A DNA stretch of 64,000 nt from Yuukianura sp. NJ FZ-2021 (lineage: Eukaryota): NCBI GenBank assembly GCA_046563655.1, contig CM102289.1, forward strand, positions 1,240,001 to 1,304,000, in the 5' to 3' direction. A program made the position numbers and the translations under genes. Below, piece after piece: positions 56,550 to 64,000 of the stretch. The notes under the pieces were generated by a model. That model was not told the origin of the DNA and searched no databases. It saw only the letters and a list, made by a program, of their open reading frames with translations. Within the stretch, counting starts at the first letter, position 1. Every line of letters begins with the position of its first letter.

Positions 56550-59081
56550 CTAGGTGGATGTAAACGGCGAAACGTTACCATTTCTAAATTTCCAACGTTG
56601 TAACACGGTTACATATAGGCGACGGTAGGCATGTCGCACTTGATTTAAGCGTCCGCGAACTACTAATTTTAAACTGAAGTGACGAAGCTTGAGACTTTTA
56701 GGGTGCATGGCTTTGAAACAACGTGAAATGGCAATTTCTAAGTTAGAGAATACACTTGTCGTTCTAATCATACAACCATAAATTATTGCTCTCACCTCAT
56801 AAAGTAATACTAAACTACACAAGCCCAAGCAACACAATATCATATAAAAACATGTGACAATGTTTGCTGTCAAATTTAATTTCTTGGGTTTTTGCTTCAG
56901 TGATTTCGCTTTTCTGTGTTTGTTCAAAATGTTGTCCATTTCAGTAGGTCTAGTGATGGGGAACCATTTTTCCCACAAGTGGTAAATTCCAGATTCCGTG
57001 AGTTGTTGCAACCGTTTGTATTGATGCTGTTCATATATTGCGTGTCCAAGAACTAAAGAGCCCAATGGTTTCGTTCCTTTGCGAAAGTGTACTGCATTGC
57101 TGCCACTAGTAGAGTCTTCAGTTTGCACTCTACTTTCATAATGTGCTAAAAATAAATTTAAAAATGGGTCAGAGGCCAGCATGGCTATTTGTGTACACAG
57201 TGAGAGAATTTCTGAAAGTCTGGGAAGTACAGCTTTAAGGTTCAGCAAAGAGTCCTCGTTGTGAAATAATATTCTAGTGAGTAGACATGTTGAAGGAAAT
57301 CTACGTTCAATGAAAGCATCCAAAACTTTTCTTGTACTTCTTTTTTCGTTTCTTCTAGTTAGGCTAAAATAGTAATAATTCAAGCAAGGATGAATTAAAT
57401 TCGGTTCAAAGGTTTGATTGTTTGATAGATGCAAACATTGGAAAATGCTCGACCTTGTGAAATCTACTATTCGCCTGAGAGCAGCGTTGCCTGTAATAAA
57501 TCCATGTCTGTTTCTATCAAAGCCCTCGCCGTGATCAAAAGTTTCTTTGCATTCACATTCAAACATCCTAAGATCTTGAGCGTATTCCCCGTCAGATGAA
57601 TTATGAATAGTATAATCATCAAAATAATCAATGAACATAATGTACTCTTCCGCTCTTGCATCGGCGAATAGCACAAAGCCCTCCAACTGATTGACGTCGT
57701 GGTATGTTTGTGTAATGGGTTTTGGCATAGTTAAATGTGAAACAACTACTCCTTTGTAAGCATTAGAGAGGATTACAGTTAACAACATCCACAGGCTGAT
57801 CACAGTCATTATGCGGTTTCGGGCAATATTTTGTTGTGCTAGAGAAAAGATTTCTACCAAACTCCCTGAGAATACAAACAAAAAGTCTAAACCAACTAAA
57901 TATTGCAGGCGTAAAGTCACAGAAGGTGACTGGACTCGAGGTACCAAAGTACCCAGAGATATTAACAAAACTCCTGTCGCTAATATTGCACCCCAAGAGT
58001 ATGCATCGTAAGGCAGCGTGTATGTTTCAAACGCAAGATTGTCACTGACTCCATCACAAGTTAAGAAATTTATGCTCTCCTGTTTGACTAGAAAAAAATG
58101 CGACACAGGATGGTATTTATAGGGGGTAACTAAATCTAAACCATGAGAAAACACCCTCGATTCCATTTCAGCTCGAAATGCGGTTTTGTTTAACGAAACG
58201 GGAATTCCCTGCTCATAGTGCAAAAGTAAGTCAATGTAGTTGGAAAACTCAAAAGTTTCAGGTACAAGTTCATTTGCCTCGTACGGATTCAGAACTTTAT
58301 CGACAGGAATCCTACCCTCAGTTACGTTGTGTGTTGAGAAATAAAGAAAATTTCTTGCATTAGCTTCCGCTGATTTGGTCACCTCTCGAAACTGGTTGTA
58401 GAACAGCGCTTGAGTTGTATTCATCGCGTACCAGCAATAAGACCCCCATTTAAAATGTCCATCATTACTTCCATTCTGAGTCTTGAAGTGCAAACGTATG
58501 TTTGAAATTTGGTATCCCCAATGGCCATGTTCTGTGAATTGAGGATTTGATGTTAGATTAAGGTAGAATAAGAACGCGTATGGGAGCTCTTTCACTAGTT
58601 CGGTCACCAGTAGGTAAGAGTAATTTCGTTGAACAATATGAATTGAAACACCCAGTTTTCTCTTAAAGTCGACGGAATCAAATAACTTCCAGTTGGGTGT
58701 GTCATGATGCCTCAACCGCTCATAAAAACTATCGGAAAGTAGCAGGAACACTTCGAAGTAGTTCAATTTGTTACTAGAAATGTCAATGTCTTGTATCACA
58801 CGAAGCACCGCAACATCAGTGTTGTGTGAGCCGTTTCTTTGCCAAATGTAGTGCAACTTTATGGGGACGGCAAAACCTTTAGTAATTTCAAACTCAGGAT
58901 TTTCAGCAATTATCAAATTGTCACTGTGTGGAAACTGAAACTGATCTATGAGTTGATGCAGATTCACAATGTTGTACGTAGGATTTGATACCATCGAATT
59001 CCCTGACACTCCTAGTATGAATATGTTCAAAGGTAACATTAGCCAAAAGAAGAACATTGTTTTAAACGAAGTTTTGCGCAT
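56550..59081 (-). CDS. Divergent ionotropic receptor (iGluR/IR-like chemoreceptor), intronless, 843 aa
   Basis: Signal peptide; NFLTC; pre-M1 FETYTLPYDAYSW; M1; pore-like FSGSLVE; M3 LWMLLTVILSNAYKGVVVSHLT; S2 LQQLTESGIYHLWEKW; M4 IVTCFYMILCCLGLCSLVLLYE. Confidence 0.78.
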   Translation of the reverse strand: MRKTSFKTMFFFWLMLPLNIFILGVSGNSMVSNPTYNIVNLHQLIDQFQFPHSDNLIIAENPEFEITKGFAVPIKLHYIWQRNGSHNTDVAVLRVIQDIDISSNKLNYFEVFLLLSDSFYERLRHHDTPNWKLFDSVDFKRKLGVSIHIVQRNYSYLLVTELVKELPYAFLFYLNLTSNPQFTEHGHWGYQISNIRLHFKTQNGSNDGHFKWGSYCWYAMNTTQALFYNQFREVTKSAEANARNFLYFSTHNVTEGRIPVDKVLNPYEANELVPETFEFSNYIDLLLHYEQGIPVSLNKTAFRAEMESRVFSHGLDLVTPYKYHPVSHFFLVKQESINFLTCDGVSDNLAFETYTLPYDAYSWGAILATGVLLISLGTLVPRVQSPSVTLRLQYLVGLDFLFVFSGSLVEIFSLAQQNIARNRIMTVISLWMLLTVILSNAYKGVVVSHLTMPKPITQTYHDVNQLEGFVLFADARAEEYIMFIDYFDDYTIHNSSDGEYAQDLRMFECECKETFDHGEGFDRNRHGFITGNAALRRIVDFTRSSIFQCLHLSNNQTFEPNLIHPCLNYYYFSLTRRNEKRSTRKVLDAFIERRFPSTCLLTRILFHNEDSLLNLKAVLPRLSEILSLCTQIAMLASDPFLNLFLAHYESRVQTEDSTSGSNAVHFRKGTKPLGSLVLGHAIYEQHQYKRLQQLTESGIYHLWEKWFPITRPTEMDNILNKHRKAKSLKQKPKKLNLTANIVTCFYMILCCLGLCSLVLLYEVRAIIYGCMIRTTSVFSNLEIAISRCFKAMHPKSLKLRHFSLKLVVRGRLNQVRHAYRRLYVTVLQRWKFRNGNVSPFTST

Positions 59082-59418
59082 TGTCTTTTGTGTTTATTGT
59101 AAATTTGGAAATGCCTTTTGGATAGCGATGATTTATTGCAGCTAGTACAGGACGTTCAAATTTGGAGACAAAAAGAAATTCGGTAGAAGAGAAGTCGACG
59201 AGCCTTTACTAAAAATTAATTTGTATAATGTATCTGTGCTGAAACATTTTTAAGCACTCCGGTTGGCGTGTATAGAAAATAAGGGCGGAATTTACATATC
59301 AAAACATTTATTCGACAAGAAATTTCGAGTTTATTTAAAATTTAGTTTGCTATGCCCAACACGGGAGGTTTATTGCGAAAATTTTACTCTACACGATATG
59401 TCGACTCTGTTATATGTA

Positions 59419-59641
59419 CAGTGACCGCCAGCTAAAAGAGTACAATAAAAATCACTATTTTGTGGAATTTACGACACTGTGGAGGAAAAACGAGTGAAAT
59501 AACGCGATTTTCAAAAATTCCATCATAAGAGTTAACTAAAGTTTCAAATTTTGAGTTAGCTCTCCCCTCATGTTTACATAAGTTTTAACCTGTTTCTATG
59601 GAAACAAGATGGGGGTGTACTCTTTTAGCTGGCGGTCACTG
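59419..59641. mobile_element. Tc1/mariner-type MITE (223 bp)
   Basis: Perfect 26-bp TIR CAGTGACCGCCAGCTAAAAGAGTACA, with TA at 59417-59418 and 59642-59643. Confidence 0.92.
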
Positions 59642-60649
59642 TATAATTTGAATGTCACGGAATGTCGGCTATATAAATTGTAATTTTAATTATTAGTTCG
59701 AACAAAAAAGTATTTAGCATGAGTATTTAGCACGAAATGCTCTACAAAACCACTCAAGAAGGAAAAATTAATTTGGCTTATGCTTGTAGTGGCAAAAAAA
59801 AAATTACCACTGCGCCACAAGTCATACTCTGCTCAAAGGGCGGAGCATTTGTTTATAAAAGTTTCTTCTACACGAAATGCCAACTGTTATCAATTTCTAA
59901 TTTTAATTTTAAAATTAGCTTTCCAAATTTTTGTATTTTTTGAAGTTCGAGTGCCGAAGGTCACATAAAAGATGATATGGTTTCAATGTTTCAAAGACAC
60001 AAAAAAAGTCATGGGAAAGTAATTTGTGTGTCTATTTTGTTGTGAAGTAAACTCACTCTCCGGATTATGTTAACTATTAGTCTTTTGTTCTCTGCAAATC
60101 CTAGTTTTTGCACATGTAATCCAGTTAGAACTAGTTCTCTAAGTTAAAAATAGATTTTTAACCGTTAGTCTTTTGTTTTGTGCACAATGTAGTTTACATT
60201 AGATCTGCATGCAATTTGTATGGCGCGTGTCCGATGCCTATAAAAAGGCTCGGCCGTGACCTCTGATCATTCACTTCTAATCCAATTCTTAAACTTACCA
60301 GAACTCTGTCCGTTCTGCGAACGGACCAGAGGTCAACAACCTAACTTTCTGAAAATAAAAGTTACTCTTCTCTGCAATTTGCGAGTCTCCTAGCAGTAAA
60401 CAATCATTTTCAGAACAATTTTTACTTGCCATGCCCATCCATGTGATGCGTTTTTGGTTTTGTCGTGCCTAGCTTATTTTTAGTTTTCAAAAACAATTTT
60501 TTTTAATTTAAAAACTACTTAGAAGCTCAAAATGTTCTAGCATTTAATGAGTGAATTCATCACTCATTGCAAAGCTAAAAAGTAACTCTAGGATAGAAAA
60601 AATTTGAATTTTGTTCTTTTTTTTTTCAAAATTAAAACAACACTGCAAA

Positions 60650-60862
60650 ATGAGGTCCGTCAAATTGGTGGTTTTGATTAGGTTAATTTTTCTATTGAAA
60701 TACTCTCCAAAAAAAATTTGTCGGTTGAGATTGTGTGTGTGAAAAGCCACATCATCAGCATCACATATTCACCACTTCTTGAAGAATTGAGCAAGAGGTC
60801 ACTAGGTCACACTGGTCAGCCCACTCAAAAACATGACCAAGGCGGGAATTCGGAAATTATGC
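60650..60862 (+). pseudogene. Decayed 5' fragment of a UGT paralog
   Basis: Aligns with 61355-61565 (AAAAGCCAC, ACCACTTCTTGAAGAA, CAAGAGGTCAC, GTCAGCCCACTCAAAAACATGACCAAG) with frameshifting indels. Confidence 0.8.
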
Positions 60863-61354
60863 AAAATGACGGAGCGAGTAACTTTCTCAGCATTGTCGGA
60901 TCAAAGGCAGCTCAAAAACGCTGTATAATTTTACGAACCTGTGCAATTCATGAGCGGCAAATTCTTCGGACTTTCTTTTTCAACTTTTGACATTCTTGTC
61001 CGTTGTATTTCAAAACAGCGTCATGCTTCTTCAAGTGTTCTAAACATCAATTTTGCTATTTTTTTGAAAGTTAGCTGGCAAAGGTCACATAGAACTAAAT
61101 GAGGTTTTAATTTTTCAAAAAAAAAAGTTATTGCTAAGTAATTTTTGTGTCTATTTTTACTTGTTGTGTCCTTCCGCGTAATTGGTTTTTGGTTTTGTTG
61201 TGCCTGTGCCTAAATTATTTTTAGTTTTTAGTTTATAAAAGTTGGAAATACTCCTGTGTTCATTAGTGCGAAGTTGAAAGGAAACTCACCTTTGAGATAT
61301 TAAATAGTTGTGTTGCCTTTTGTGTAAAAAAAAAAGTCAAACAAAATTGAAAAA

Positions 61355-62425
61355 ATGAAGTTAGTGAACGTTGTATTGTTTTTGATTTGCCTAATTTTTC
61401 CATTGAAATGCTCATCAAAGAAAATTTTGTCAGTTGAATTTGTTTCTGACAAAAGCCACGAACTCACCTATTTACCACTTCTTGAAGAACTTGCATCAAG
61501 AGGTCACGAGGTTACACTTGTCAGCCCACTCAAAAACATGACCAAGTCGGAAATTCGTGAACTGATAACAATCGACTTCAACAACATTCGAGTCCAGTCG
61601 GTATTTTCAGTGAAAGAAAAAAACGAAATTCCGAATCCAATTGTCTATTATCGCAACATTATCCCACCAGCATGTCGTGACCTCTATGACCGCGCTGAAA
61701 TTCAAAATCTGGTGAAAGAAGAATTTGACCTCGTCATTCTCCAACCGGTTTTTAACGAATGTGCTCTTGGATTTGTTCATATCATAATGCAGAAAAACAA
61801 CGCCCCACTGATTTTGTTTTGTCCAAGGTCACCGAATAGCTTTCTCGTTGGATTTCTAGGTGGACACTATCCACCTTCATTTGTTCCAGGAATTTTTGGT
61901 GGTTTTGGCGTTGGACCGACATTTCTAAAAAGAGTTCAAAACTTTGTGATTGAAGTTTTTGTGTATTTGCTGTACAATTTTTACTTTTTACCGGTCATGG
62001 AAGCCGTTTATCGTGAAAAACTTGGTGCCGATCTTCCGAGCGCGCGAGAAATTCTCGGTTCGGCTTCAATCATGCTGTCGAATGGACATTTTAGCACGAG
62101 CACACCGAAACCGAACTTGCCGGACGTCATTGACGTAGGAGGACTTCATACTATTCCACCGAAGGCACTTCCCAAGGTAAGACTTAAAAAAATCAAAATT
62201 TGAAAACTTTTTGGATTTCGAAAATTGATTTAGAAATTTTGACAGAATCTGGAAGATTTCATTGCCCAGGGGAGAGACGGCTTCATCTATGTCAGTTTCG
62301 GAACGACAATTTCTACAGTCGACATGTCTCCGGAGAAACTCGAAATTTTTCTTTCGGTTTTTTCAAAATTGAAACAACAAATCATTTGGAATCATGAAAT
62401 TGGTAAAACTGAGACATTTGATTAA
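61355..62425 (+). pseudogene. UDP-glycosyltransferase, apparently 3'-truncated
   Basis: Signal peptide, SH catalytic His, ELASRGHEVT, VGGLH. Intron 62177-62245. Exon 2 reads NLEDFI..GFIYVSFGT..KQQIIW, then stops at 62423-62425. No WxPQ signature or TM segment in the window. Confidence 0.8.
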
Positions 62426-62469
62426 ACCAAACATCTAAGTTTTTGATTTGCTTTAATCAGTTTATCCAT

Positions 62470-63619
62470 TTATTGAACTAATTTGACAAAGCCTAAACTA
62501 CGGTGTTGTCGTGACTGTGAATATCCGTGACTAATTCCAAATAAGTATGCATCTGTAAGATCCATATATTTCACCAAATCTGGATGGTGGTCGAATTCCT
62601 TCAAAACGCTTTGACGCAAAAGCACGTAGTCTGCATGGTCATTTATAATTGCAGACAATACACTTTGAGCAGCCACGTCCACCGGAATCTCTTTTTGAAC
62701 AACTTTGAAAATAATTAGGTTCTCAGAGTGTGCATTTCCAAAATCCTTTCTCAATCCAAGCAAGTCATTAATACTTCCAGCGAGGGAGTTCAAAATTTCC
62801 AACAGTAGTTTAAACGACGGTGCTCGTAAAATGTTAGCTGGAAGTAAATTTCCCACAAAAATCCAAACAGTTTCCACCATAAGATCGGCAAATGAAGCTC
62901 GTTTTCTGTAATAGCTGAACACTTCTTCAGAGTACTGGCGGTCAATAGGTCTGATTGCAGCCCACCGCGCTGTTTCCAGTACCTGGCGCAAGTATTTGCA
63001 AAATGGTGGTTTCTTTTTTTTCCCAGTCTGGGATCAGTTCTCTGTTACGCCGGTTCAGATCTACCAAAGCGCAAAATAAAGAACGAAAGTCGGAAAAGTT
63101 TTCAACTTCGGTATAAACTGTTGCATTATTTTCCAAAACGTCCATCAACTGCAACATTCCTGCGCAGAGCGTTTTGACAGGAACTCTGTTTGCTACCACT
63201 GGTTCCAGGGTTTCTTCCATTGTCCACTCCCACAAGTACCAGTAGTTGAGTAGTTTCATTTCTGGACTGTCGAGGGGTAAAAATGGGTTGAGGTACGCAG
63301 ACGCAAGCGAGCTTGTTTCAATCAATAGCTTAAAATATGTAGATTTACCAGTTGAGTCAAAAAAATTGTTGAACCAATTCTGCAAGTCGACGACCATTGG
63401 GTCCAGTTCCTGTTGAGTCAGCTTTGGACGTTTATATTTTGCATTAAGCGTGAAGTACTCACCCTTGACATGGCGTGGCCCATGTTTTGGATCCACCAAT
63501 TCACCAAAGTCAAAAACGACTTTTGGAAGAGCAACTGACTTCTCGGAAAGTGACTCCGCTAACGTAAACAAAAAAGTAACGGTGAGCAATATACCGGTTA
63601 TTAAATTTATCGAGAAAGG
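62470..63619 (-). pseudogene. Second microbial-type terpene synthase-like gene with a +1 frameshift in an A8 run; start not resolved
   Basis: WTMEETLE at the DDxxD position, YYRKRAS, NSE motif INDLLGLRKD, NLI. Removing one base of the T-run 63014-63021 joins ORFs 62942-63589 and 62470-62991. Confidence 0.75.
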
Positions 63620-64000
63620 CTAATAATTAAAGCATTAATTTAAAAAAAATACCATTAAAAACAATCTTAGATTTTCATTCAATGCTAAACTCTAATATCA
63701 CTAAACGTATCGGTGATCCCTGAAATTTTTTGGAAGCACTCAGGCATTTATGGAAATTTTTTCCAACTGACTACATATGTGCGGAGAAGGGTGAGGTCGT
63801 TTGTTTAAATTCGTTGTTTTTACGAACTTTTTTTTGAGCTATTACATTTTTCTTCTAAAATCGAAACATGAAAACCAAGTTTACACTTGTTGAAGAATTT
63901 TGGTTTTCAAGTTTGTGTTCAGTTTAGTAGATAACGTTTCAAAGTAAATAAACCCAAAGTTGTGGAAACATTCCCAGAAAAATGAAAATAACACCGATTG

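Noticed and set aside
63005..63030. Programmed ribosomal frameshift in TPS2 (and in EF copy 9 at ~32860)
   Set aside because: Single-base homopolymer indels are more simply explained by assembly error or pseudogenisation, and no stimulatory structure is evident.

Overview
AT-rich eukaryotic (arthropod) genomic DNA. The intron style, intronless divergent ionotropic-receptor gene and microbial-type terpene synthases suggest a springtail (Collembola), but this is inference. About 0.6-51.5 kb is a tandem array of 14 calmodulin-sized EF-hand genes with intronless CDSs: 11 intact ORFs and 3 disrupted. All have a degenerate, aromatic-rich N-lobe and two canonical C-lobe EF-hands, and they sit in alternating A/B promoter units. 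The array carries many mobile-element insertions: a complete Helitron (6060-11764), a complete BEL/Pao LTR element inside one gene (22974-30772), two 5'-truncated copies of one LINE family (one flanked by a 928-bp direct duplication), a 9-bp-TSD foldback element and several MITEs. Unrelated genes are interleaved: a PDZ protein, a small secreted 8-Cys protein and a multi-exon Cys-loop chloride channel. The right end (54.9-63.6 kb) holds two microbial-type terpene synthase genes bracketing a divergent ionotropic receptor and a truncated UDP-glycosyltransferase. All assignments come from reading motifs by eye; no searches were run.
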